Shown piece after piece: positions 15,342 through 23,827 of a DNA stretch of 64,000 nucleotides; the stretch's first letter is position 1; each line of letters opens with the position of its first letter. Source of the DNA: a virus. The stretch is from positions 2,082 through 66,081 of IMG/VR virus record IMGVR_UViG_3300031965_000002, one strand, 5' to 3'. Both the position numbers and the translations under genes were made by a program. The notes below the pieces were generated by a model. It ran no database searches. It was not told the DNA's origin and saw only the letters and a list, made by a program, of their open reading frames with translations.

Positions 15342-17371
15342 GATATCTACTCATAGGCAACGGGCCGTCCGTCCTGGACCAAGAACTAGGCTCTGTCATA
15401 GATGACTTTGACGGGCTTGTTATTCGTTTCAATGACTATAGAACGGAAGGATGGGAACGATACGCTGGTTCGCGAACGGATGTATGGTGGACTACGATAT
15501 TCTATCCCCACCCACATAAGTTAAAAGCTGAATATCACGAAATCTTCTTTGTTACAAATGACGCCGGAGAAAGGCAAGATGATTATAATCAGCTTAGAGC
15601 TTATTTCTCTGATATAAAGTGGACCGTTAACACAGAGGTTATCGAAAAACTTGGAGGACAGTTTGAGTATCTTGCATTTGGTAAGGCTTCCTCGACTGGC
15701 GCGATATGTACTGCTAGCTTAGTTGCTCAAGGACATGAAGTATGGCTTTATGGTTTTGATTGTTTCAATCCTGACACTTTGCATCACTACTATTTTACTC
15801 CTGGAGCCTTTAATGATAAACAGAAAGAAATATGCTCTCATAGTCCTGAGTTTGAGAAGCTATTCTTCTCCCATTTGCGAAAACTTAATAAAGTATTTGA
15901 CCTAGACAGAAATGCTCCTCAAGAAACTATTGAGCCACCTAATAAAGAGGAAATACAGGAATCAATACCATTCTTTCGTGGAACGGGTCGTTATTTTCTT
16001 TTGGTCGGTAATGGGCCTTCTGCTGTTCACAAAAAAGCAGGAGAACTGATAGATAGTTTTGATGGGACGGTAGTCCGTTTCAACAACTATCATATTGATG
16101 GCTATGAAGATTTTGTGGGAAGCAGAACAGATATATGGGCAACATGCAAAGAGATGCACAAGCCCAATACAGCTAAAATCATACTTTTTGTAACCAGTAG
16201 CAAATCAAAACTTAGTGACATAGCCTATGCTCGAATCAAGAATATGAATCCCAAAAAACTGGTTATCCCTATTGCGAAGGAAGAGATTCATCGCATATCT
16301 AAATATGAGTATAACTTTCTCGGAGATGACGGGGCAAACTCAACAGGAGCCGCTGTTGCCAATTTGCTAACAGGTCTTGGTCACAAAATCTATCTTTATG
16401 GGTTTGATCATTTTAGTAAATCTGTTCATCATTACGGAGATGGGGTACCCCTTGTCGCCATGCATAGCGAGGAACGAGAAAAGAACTTATTTGATTCGCT
16501 TGAAAGCCAGGGAAAAGCTGTTCGCTTTGCTTCTCATTTACCCAAAGAAAGAGAACATCCACTAGTTCATATTATTATCCCGAAGCATTTTAAAGATGAG
16601 GACAAGGCAAGAGGAATTTTTGGAAACCATCATATTACTAACTCAGTTGCAGAATCAATTGAGTTGTATGAAAAACTAAAAAGCAAAAACAAGGAAGTGT
16701 GGATTGTAGGTCAGTCAGATATTGCTCACTTTCTTAATTTAGCCATGCAAAATGAATGTTTTTTCTACAAGTATTTTACGACCTATTTTCATGTCCCCTC
16801 TAAACGGGTTATCCCAAACAGTTACAAGTTTCAATATTGGCATGCATACGTCGCAGATAGATGCGAAAATAAAAGCGTTCTTCTTATTGGCAAGGGATTG
16901 GCTCATGCCAAGCAAACTTTCGAACAATATGGTGTTTCTATAGTTGAAACATGCGACCCATACAAGAATGACTCATTGCTTGTCTATAATAAAAACAGCT
17001 TTGATGTTGTTGTTTCGATAGGTTTTCCTAGTTATTTATGCAATGATTTGCTTATTCGTGATTATGGTCACAAGATTGCTCGACATGCCGTTTATATTGG
17101 CTGCTACAATTCGTCTGCCATAGAGATACCCATAGATAACAAAGCTAGACTTTTATCTGGTAACAAGTTCTGGAATAGTTGGGCTCTCGATGAACTTTGG
17201 TCTGGCAAAGCATACGAAGCTTTTAATGCTAAGCCGCATCTTGAGAGAAGAACGCAAGGCATTTTTTCCTATGGCAACAACTCTTACCTAGAAAGAGGTC
17301 TTGGGAATCTTCGAGAATATAACGGCAAACCGTATGACCCAGAGTTTTGGCTGGGTGTTCGTTACATATAA
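15338..17371 (+). CDS. Protein with two tandem GT29 (sialyltransferase-like) domains and a C-terminal domain
   Basis: YLLIGNGPS...IDDFDGLVIRFND...AGSRTD and FLLVGNGPS...IDSFDGTVVRFNN...VGSRTD (sialylmotif-L-like), each followed by STG...YGFD...HHY. Confidence 0.8.
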   Translation: MRYLLIGNGPSVLDQELGSVIDDFDGLVIRFNDYRTEGWERYAGSRTDVWWTTIFYPHPHKLKAEYHEIFFVTNDAGERQDDYNQLRAYFSDIKWTVNTEVIEKLGGQFEYLAFGKASSTGAICTASLVAQGHEVWLYGFDCFNPDTLHHYYFTPGAFNDKQKEICSHSPEFEKLFFSHLRKLNKVFDLDRNAPQETIEPPNKEEIQESIPFFRGTGRYFLLVGNGPSAVHKKAGELIDSFDGTVVRFNNYHIDGYEDFVGSRTDIWATCKEMHKPNTAKIILFVTSSKSKLSDIAYARIKNMNPKKLVIPIAKEEIHRISKYEYNFLGDDGANSTGAAVANLLTGLGHKIYLYGFDHFSKSVHHYGDGVPLVAMHSEEREKNLFDSLESQGKAVRFASHLPKEREHPLVHIIIPKHFKDEDKARGIFGNHHITNSVAESIELYEKLKSKNKEVWIVGQSDIAHFLNLAMQNECFFYKYFTTYFHVPSKRVIPNSYKFQYWHAYVADRCENKSVLLIGKGLAHAKQTFEQYGVSIVETCDPYKNDSLLVYNKNSFDVVVSIGFPSYLCNDLLIRDYGHKIARHAVYIGCYNSSAIEIPIDNKARLLSGNKFWNSWALDELWSGKAYEAFNAKPHLERRTQGIFSYGNNSYLERGLGNLREYNGKPYDPEFWLGVRYI

Positions 17372-17579
17372 AACAGCCCCGCCCATCGTCTGGCGAGGCT
17401 GCCCTCCGAAGAGGTAGCGGGAAGAATGGGGCGACATAAATCGTCCCATGGATATTATCGTCTTTGTGATTATCTTTCTTTACTAAAATTATTCTGCCAA
17501 AAACCGAAAGGGATGGTTGCCTCTAGTAAGGTAGTACAGTAATTATATCTAATCAATTAAAAACAGGAGATAAAAAACA

Positions 17580-18884
17580 GTGTCTAGAGACCTTATTATA
17601 TATCTTGAAAAACGGCCTGATTTACTGACAGAAATGACCAAACTGCTCAAGCCTTATACGCAATTTGATCTTTCAGAGCCATCGCCATCCATAGATAGAA
17701 AAGTCCGCTTCTTTAGCTGGAGCTTTGGTCCTGACGAAAATCAGTGGCATCTTACCTATCAGTGGATTATAAATAACTCATCGTGGCACACGCCTGTTAG
17801 GGCATCCGAAGCGGCTGCTAAACGTTTTGCGTCTATGAATGAGGGCGACAGATGTCTATTCATCTGGAAACCCAATGAAAGCTACGGTTATGAGCCTGTT
17901 ATAAGTAATAGCGAATTGTACAAAATGCTGACCAAAGGTCCAGATTTTAGTTCTAAAGCCTGGTTTATTGAATTCTTTGCTCATCTCAAAGAGCTGGGTG
18001 CGGAGCCAGATGCTATTATTTTGGATTATGAAGGTGGTCCTATTCTTTGGAACATTAATGACGATATCAAGGCTGAACAAATGTCACTCATTCTCAAGGA
18101 CCCTGATGCTTTAAAAAATCTACCCGAAATATTTTGGGACATTGAACCTGATAATATTCGAGGAGGAGCAGGCGCTCTGCGCAATACTTTGCATAATGAA
18201 TGGCAGAAATGGGCAAAACCATTTATTGCAGAAACAATGAAGAAACTTATCTACGATGCTTATTTTGAGATTTACGGTAAAGAGATTCCATTCTCTAATT
18301 ATGCTTATCAAGAAGTATCATTTCCGTATACAATGCAATATGGAGCCATACAAGATTATTCGACTTCGGAAATAGGCTATTCGGCACCTGTTAACTACAT
18401 GCTTTCTCGCGAACATAGATGGAGCGAAAAAGTTGCCGCCTGGCGAAACGGAGAGAGAAAGCATCCTCGTTGGGGTGTTTTTATCGACCGCATCAATAAG
18501 TGTCGTTCGGCAGCCAATGTCAATGGAGGCGACCATGTAATGCCATGGATTGCCCCTCTTGGCTATCAGCACCTAGATAATAAATGGAACCTTGCGCCTG
18601 ATTTTTTAGATGTTGAGCTATTAAAGCACTGTATTGCCATAGGATGTAATAAGTTCAACTACTGGAATCCTGGGCCTCCAACACAATTCCCTGATAATAC
18701 TCGTCAGCGAAGCGATATTATCTATGCAAATACCATTACGTTCATGCAGGACTTTGCTCTGCAAGAAAAGGCGGGAGACTTTGAGCCTGTCGATAGAGAC
18801 GCTGATATCGTAGAAACCCTTGGTCTCAAGACTACTTATGAAGACTTCGAGGCGACAGGTATTGACCCGAAAGATTTCGGCTAA
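17580..18884 (+). CDS. Hypothetical protein, possible TIM-barrel hydrolase
   Basis: 434 aa; AGGAG RBS with GTG start; IILDYEG, FSNY and VMPWIAP motifs; Trp/Tyr-rich. Confidence 0.65.
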   Translation: MSRDLIIYLEKRPDLLTEMTKLLKPYTQFDLSEPSPSIDRKVRFFSWSFGPDENQWHLTYQWIINNSSWHTPVRASEAAAKRFASMNEGDRCLFIWKPNESYGYEPVISNSELYKMLTKGPDFSSKAWFIEFFAHLKELGAEPDAIILDYEGGPILWNINDDIKAEQMSLILKDPDALKNLPEIFWDIEPDNIRGGAGALRNTLHNEWQKWAKPFIAETMKKLIYDAYFEIYGKEIPFSNYAYQEVSFPYTMQYGAIQDYSTSEIGYSAPVNYMLSREHRWSEKVAAWRNGERKHPRWGVFIDRINKCRSAANVNGGDHVMPWIAPLGYQHLDNKWNLAPDFLDVELLKHCIAIGCNKFNYWNPGPPTQFPDNTRQRSDIIYANTITFMQDFALQEKAGDFEPVDRDADIVETLGLKTTYEDFEATGIDPKDFG

Positions 18885-18894
18885 TTGCCGATAA
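18869..18894 (+). promoter_or_regulatory. Putative sigma28-like promoter
   Basis: Exact GCCGATAA at 18887-18894 with GAAAG upstream, in front of the GT32 array. Confidence 0.5.
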
Positions 18895-18901
18895 GTAGGG
18901 C

Positions 18902-19672
18902 ATGAATACCATACCCAAGGTCTTTCATCAAATCTGGATAGGGACTGAGGACTCTGTCCCCGTAAGCTATAAAATCCTCAGGGACCACACTCTAAACTTG
19001 CATCCTGATTGGGATTACAAGCTGTGGCTCCCTGAGGACTTTTTGCCGCTCATTAACCAAGACTCCTATGACTACTACAAAGCGGCGATGTATCGCGCCG
19101 ATGTCGCTCGCTATGAGATTATGGCGCTCAACGGCGGAGTTTATCTTGATTGGGATTTTTATATCTTTCGCAATATCGAACCTCTCATTCGCGAAACAGA
19201 TAACTTTATTATCGCAGAACCAATGGATTTACCAGTTAACTCTGTATTCGGTCTAAGTCCTAATCATTGGTTTGCTTGGCGGCTTGTCCGAGAGCTTCGT
19301 TGCAGCGCGATCACGGAACGAACACGGCTAATGGGTGGGGCAAAAAATCCTCTTCATGGCGTTGGAGCCCGGTATTTTAGCAAGCAAGTTCTTGAATGCG
19401 AAGACCGTCTCAATATTCTTCCTCGCTCCGTGTTTACTCCGTATTCGTATTCATATTTCAAGTGTGGCCGTTGGGACTATCGACCTGTTCGAGGCGGATA
19501 TGGAATCCATCTTTGGAACTCAACATCAACCCCGACTATCTTCAGCCATTTTGTCAGACAGCTTGATGAAAGCAAAAACTACAAAGACGAACTTGATGCT
19601 GAAACCCGATTGTTGGAAGAAAAAGAGGCAGCCAACAAACAGCTAGAACTTAGAAGAGGCGAGCGTGAATAG
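18902..19672 (+). CDS. GT32 DXD glycosyltransferase, copy 1
   Basis: IPKVFHQIW...HPDWDYKLW...RADVARYEI...GGVYLDWD. Confidence 0.9.
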   Translation: MNTIPKVFHQIWIGTEDSVPVSYKILRDHTLNLHPDWDYKLWLPEDFLPLINQDSYDYYKAAMYRADVARYEIMALNGGVYLDWDFYIFRNIEPLIRETDNFIIAEPMDLPVNSVFGLSPNHWFAWRLVRELRCSAITERTRLMGGAKNPLHGVGARYFSKQVLECEDRLNILPRSVFTPYSYSYFKCGRWDYRPVRGGYGIHLWNSTSTPTIFSHFVRQLDESKNYKDELDAETRLLEEKEAANKQLELRRGERE

Positions 19673-20213
19673 TATACCCAAAATCATCCATATCTATGAA
19701 AATAGTGACGGCATGTCCGAATATGCTCAGAGAGCGGCTATTTTGCATCCTGAGTGGGAAATAATAGCCTGGGACTGCTTCGATTCGTTCGAAGCAGTCA
19801 ACTGTCATTTGGTCAATGAAAATCTACACGACAGGCACATGCTCGCCTTGATGAAGATGGAGATTCTCTGCTATTACGGCGGCGTATGGCTTGGCGACTC
19901 TATCTCCCTTAGTAAGCCTATTGATATCTTACTAGAGAACACAGACCATATTTTGCTTGAGGCCTCACGGAAAAGTATTGACCCAGATTTTATGGCATTC
20001 AAACCCAATCATCGTGTCTTATGGCAATATCTATGGAAGATACAACCAAGATATTTTGGCTCACAGGATGAAGGCTGGGCGTTCGATTACAAGTTTATTC
20101 GGGAAATTGCTGAAGATTTTATACGCTATCCTCTTATTCTTCCTTCTGATTGTTTCTCAAAGAATGACGACGTAACTTCTATGTCATGTTTTGGTCAAAA
20201 GGTTTTATCATGA
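19665..20213 (+). CDS. GT32-like glycosyltransferase, copy 2 (DXD degenerate)
   Basis: IPKIIHIY...HPEWEI...MKMEILCYYGGVWLGDS; shorter than its paralogs. Confidence 0.75.
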   Translation: MNSIPKIIHIYENSDGMSEYAQRAAILHPEWEIIAWDCFDSFEAVNCHLVNENLHDRHMLALMKMEILCYYGGVWLGDSISLSKPIDILLENTDHILLEASRKSIDPDFMAFKPNHRVLWQYLWKIQPRYFGSQDEGWAFDYKFIREIAEDFIRYPLILPSDCFSKNDDVTSMSCFGQKVLS

Positions 20214-20941
20214 ACAGCATACCCAAAATAATCCATCAAATTTGGATCGGAGATGAAAGCAAAATACCCGCCTCGTGTCTTGTTTTTCGTGATCATATGC
20301 TTAATCTTCATCCTGATTGGGAATACAGGCTGTGGACTCAAGAGAATATACCAGAACTTATCAATCAAGAAATCTTTGATACCCTTCAGAGTCATGTTGT
20401 GTTTCAGTCAGATATAGCTCGTTATGAGATTATGGCGCATCATGGTGGCGTATATATGGACTGGGATATATGTCTAACCAAGCCAATTGATGAACTTACT
20501 GAGGGAACAGACCACTTCTTTATCGAAGAAAACGGACTGAACATTACGAACTCTATTTATGGCGTATGCCAGAATCATTGGTTTTCTTGGAAAATAGTAA
20601 GGGAGTCGCAGCAAAGCTTCAAGCGGTATTTTAACTCAGAATTGTTTTACTACCCCTACAAGAACTATCTTGTTAGTGTGGGGGCTATTTTCTTCAGCGA
20701 TCTTGTTCTTAGCGCAGCGAAAAAAGTTCCGCTAAACATACTGCCCTGGCAGCTTTTCAATCCGTTTAAACCAGTTGAGTTTAGGCGAGTCAACCCCGAC
20801 CCGGATATTCCACCCTATTCATTTGGGATGCATACTTATAACAGCGTTGTTGACCAAACGACAATTGGGGCTCATAGGCGATTGCCCGAATACGAAAAGC
20901 ACAAAAGTCTCGACGAGAAACAGAAGGCTGAGGGCGTATAA
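20210..20941 (+). CDS. GT32 DXD glycosyltransferase, copy 3
   Basis: IPKIIHQIW...HPDWEYRLW...QSDIARYEI...GGVYMDWD; start at 20210 overlaps the upstream stop. Confidence 0.9.
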   Translation: MNSIPKIIHQIWIGDESKIPASCLVFRDHMLNLHPDWEYRLWTQENIPELINQEIFDTLQSHVVFQSDIARYEIMAHHGGVYMDWDICLTKPIDELTEGTDHFFIEENGLNITNSIYGVCQNHWFSWKIVRESQQSFKRYFNSELFYYPYKNYLVSVGAIFFSDLVLSAAKKVPLNILPWQLFNPFKPVEFRRVNPDPDIPPYSFGMHTYNSVVDQTTIGAHRRLPEYEKHKSLDEKQKAEGV

Positions 20942-21615
20942 TGCAGAGCATCCCCAAAATAATCCATCAAATTTGGTATCAGGGCGAAGAGGAGATGCCC
21001 GAATGCTATCATTATTTTGCAAAGCATCTCAAAGAGCTTCATCCTGACTGGGAGTACAAACTGTGGACAGCGGAAAATATGATTCCGCTCATCAATCAGA
21101 AGATACACGATGATCAACCTAGATACTTGTTCAAGTCCAACATCTCTCGCTTTGAAATACTAGCTAGATATGGCGGCGTTTACATCGATTCAGATTTCTT
21201 GATTCTCAAGAATCTTGAACCGCTCATGCAGAATACCGACCATGTTTTGTTGGGGCATTTTCGTAAAGGAATGTTTCAGGTTTGTAATGGTTTTGTCGGA
21301 GCCACACCTAATCATCCATTATGCTGGCAAATGGTCCGTGGCCTCGCAAATCGATCGCGAGAGTTTGTTGGGCAAAACCGATTTGCAAACTGTATCCCGT
21401 ATTTTGATGACACAGTAAAGCAAGTCGTGCCCGAACCACTCATCATACCAATGGAACTATTTTTCCCTGTCGATGCAAATTTTGTCATGGACAAACAATC
21501 CGAGTACTCAGGAATGCACTATGCCACGCATATGTTCAACAACAGGCATGATGGAGAGGGCGTCATAGCTCATAAAAAGCTTCCCTGCTACTTGCGAGAG
21601 CCTTCTTACGAGTGA
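20941..21615 (+). CDS. GT32 DXD glycosyltransferase, copy 4
   Basis: IPKIIHQIW...HPDWEYKLW...KSNISRFEIL...GGVYIDSD. Confidence 0.9.
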   Translation: MQSIPKIIHQIWYQGEEEMPECYHYFAKHLKELHPDWEYKLWTAENMIPLINQKIHDDQPRYLFKSNISRFEILARYGGVYIDSDFLILKNLEPLMQNTDHVLLGHFRKGMFQVCNGFVGATPNHPLCWQMVRGLANRSREFVGQNRFANCIPYFDDTVKQVVPEPLIIPMELFFPVDANFVMDKQSEYSGMHYATHMFNNRHDGEGVIAHKKLPCYLREPSYE

Positions 21616-21668
21616 AAATATCAACCCGTATACTAGGCCTAGGATAGTCGCGATAGTGGAGGTCAGGT

Positions 21669-21965
21669 ATGCCGTTTTATATGCTGATAGGTGGATTGAT
21701 TCTGATTGTTGGTGGTTTCTTCGTTTTGGCAATGATCGAACAAGAGATGCCATCAATCAAAAAGGCAATTGGCAAAATGTTCCAATCGCGTATTGAACTC
21801 AAAAAAGCAAAGATTGAACTGGCTCGCCGTAAACTTGAAATCGAACATAAAGAGCGCATGGCCGTGTGGAAGGGTATTGACGACGAGCCTCAACCAATCA
21901 AGGGAACCGAACCTGTCCCTTTAAAACCCAAGCAATTTGAAGATGATGAGCAGGTAACAACATGA
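21669..21965 (+). CDS. Small membrane-anchored coiled-coil protein
   Basis: N-terminal hydrophobic helix LIGGLILIVGGFFVLAMI; GGAGG RBS. Confidence 0.7.
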   Translation: MPFYMLIGGLILIVGGFFVLAMIEQEMPSIKKAIGKMFQSRIELKKAKIELARRKLEIEHKERMAVWKGIDDEPQPIKGTEPVPLKPKQFEDDEQVTT

Positions 21966-22013
21966 CGTTTTTTTATACATGCAGGTGAATATCTGGTTCC
22001 CTACAATGGCATA

Positions 22014-22862
22014 ATGTTCAGTCTCGCTCTTGCAGAGAAGCATCGTAAAGAACAAATCGTTCGAGCAGCGCTCGCTGGTCGTCCTATCGCTCTAATTGCA
22101 AAGGACTTCTCTGTTACTGAGCGATGGGTTAGACAGACTTGCAAAGATGCTGATGTTTCGATGCGAGACATTAAAGCCGCGCGTGAGCGACGGGTAGCTG
22201 ACTGCGTTCAAAAAGGTATGACTCGTGCCGAAATCGAAAGCGAATATGGTGTAAACCTGTCGTTTATTCGAGCGGCATGCGAAAAGTATGGTGTGACCTT
22301 CGAGCCTTTGGGCCTCAATACGGATAGATCATTGAAAATTCTCTCTCTTCTGTGTAATACAGATAGAAGTTTGGCCGATATTGCATCTACGGAAGGTGTT
22401 TCGGAGAAAACGGTTAGCGACCTGCATATCAAAGCCATTCGACATGGTTTGCCAATCAAACAAAGGGAATTCAGAAGAAGAGAAGAAACACTAAAGATGA
22501 AGGTGGGATTGAGCTTTGAAAATACCATTGAAGCTTTTCCAGACCTCTTCAGATTGATTACAGGAAGGATTCGTGATGTCGCAGAACTCCATATTCTCAT
22601 TTCTGGACAATGGGATGATATTGCTACAGTCGAAGCTCGACTCAGCAGTCTCCAAATTGGATATGATTGCGTCGCTCATGTCGGCGACAACCCCAAATAT
22701 ATCGAGGAACAGGATATCAAAATCGTCATCTCCGATGATGACTCGCTCTTCTGTTCGCTCCCCAAAGAAATCATCGTTCTCAAACTCCGAGAATCTGGTA
22801 ACTTCGATTTTGAAGACGCTAAGTGGGTCTACCTCAAAGATCACGGCGTCACAGTTGATTGA
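22014..22862 (+). CDS. Multi-HTH protein
   Basis: Three HTH-like repeats: PIALIAKDFSVTERWVRQ, MTRAEIESEYGVNLSFIR, SLADIASTEGVSEKTVSD. Confidence 0.7.
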   Translation: MFSLALAEKHRKEQIVRAALAGRPIALIAKDFSVTERWVRQTCKDADVSMRDIKAARERRVADCVQKGMTRAEIESEYGVNLSFIRAACEKYGVTFEPLGLNTDRSLKILSLLCNTDRSLADIASTEGVSEKTVSDLHIKAIRHGLPIKQREFRRREETLKMKVGLSFENTIEAFPDLFRLITGRIRDVAELHILISGQWDDIATVEARLSSLQIGYDCVAHVGDNPKYIEEQDIKIVISDDDSLFCSLPKEIIVLKLRESGNFDFEDAKWVYLKDHGVTVD

Positions 22863-22905
22863 GTGCTATCCCGACTTTGATAAAAACTGGACCTGCCCTA
22901 AGACA

Positions 22906-23439
22906 ATGGGCTACCTTACTGTCGAAGTTATCCGTATACCGTTTGACCAGCTTTCTTCGATGCCCAACGCAACGTCCGATCCTGTTATCGCGGTTGAAGG
23001 CGAAAAAAATCTCAACAAAGTTCCCGGCATTATACTGCTTTCAATGAAAGATGCGTTCAGTTCCGTTTCTGAGTTCCTCTTCCAATCTCCGCTCAAGTGG
23101 AGTAAAAAAAAGAGCGATGAGACACTAACGAAGATCATCAAGAAGGTCCAATCGCAGACTGACTGGACCTGGAACGAGGCTTTGTTTGCCATTTTCGTTC
23201 GAGACTTCATCTATCCCGGCATTGAAAAAGGTCTCGCAGTAACACCGAGCGGCCTTGAGGACACTCTTCGTCTCTATATCACAATTGGAGATGATCTTCG
23301 CTTCGCTTCGTTTCCTTATCACTCTCCAAGCCTCGTGCTTGGTGAGGTCATTTCCTATCCGCCTACAGACGGCACTATCGGTGATGGATATAACGATGGC
23401 TACCCTCCGGGCGACTACGATCTCGGAGGACCAGGATAA
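22906..23439 (+). CDS. Hypothetical protein
   Basis: 3' part of ORF 22573..23439; start placed at MGYLTVEV to avoid a long overlap with the HTH gene; start uncertain. Confidence 0.55.
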   Translation: MGYLTVEVIRIPFDQLSSMPNATSDPVIAVEGEKNLNKVPGIILLSMKDAFSSVSEFLFQSPLKWSKKKSDETLTKIIKKVQSQTDWTWNEALFAIFVRDFIYPGIEKGLAVTPSGLEDTLRLYITIGDDLRFASFPYHSPSLVLGEVISYPPTDGTIGDGYNDGYPPGDYDLGGPG

Positions 23440-23735
23440 GACAATTCTTACTCAAGGACGATAAGTGGGCATATTTAGTAGTCTTGCCAAAAAGTGCGAT
23501 AAGAAATCGACAAATATGCTCGATGTCGCAGATTTAAGCAATATTTGCGCTAAGCACTTGCTCAACTCGGCTGGCGCTGTTAGTCTTGGAATATACGCTT
23601 GCACTGATTTTGATGACAATAGCGACTCTCCACTTGGTTTTTTGGCGACCTTTTAGGCGCTGCCTGCGTATCATGGGTAGGTCATGCAGGCACAATGGGT
23701 TATTTCGCCCATTTTACCACATACAGAAGACCGAT

Positions 23736-23808
23736 GGCCCCGTAGTTCAAATGGATGAACGTCAAGCTGTATAGTTTGAATACGGGGCTCGAATCCCCCA
23801 CGGGGTTT
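23736..23808 (+). tRNA. Non-canonical or degenerate tRNA-like element, GTA (Tyr) anticodon candidate
   Basis: Acceptor GGCCCCG/CGGGGTT, TA, D arm GTTC-AAATGGAT-GAAC, anticodon stem TCAAG/TTTGA with an 8-nt loop CTGTATAG, T arm GGGG-CTCGAAT-CCCC; no encoded CCA and no long variable arm. Confidence 0.55.
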
Positions 23809-23827
23809 TTATTACGAGGATTTTCAC

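Noticed and set aside
23692-23730. ATGGGT...CCACATACAGAAGA resembling the array repeat upstream of the tRNA-like element
   Set aside because: Spacer is much longer, TGC is missing, and a single 8-mer match (also seen at 35301) is expected by chance at this length.
23465-23774. Two short ORFs (23465-23656, 23586-23774)
   Set aside because: No RBS or recognisable motifs, they overlap each other, and the second runs into the tRNA-like element.
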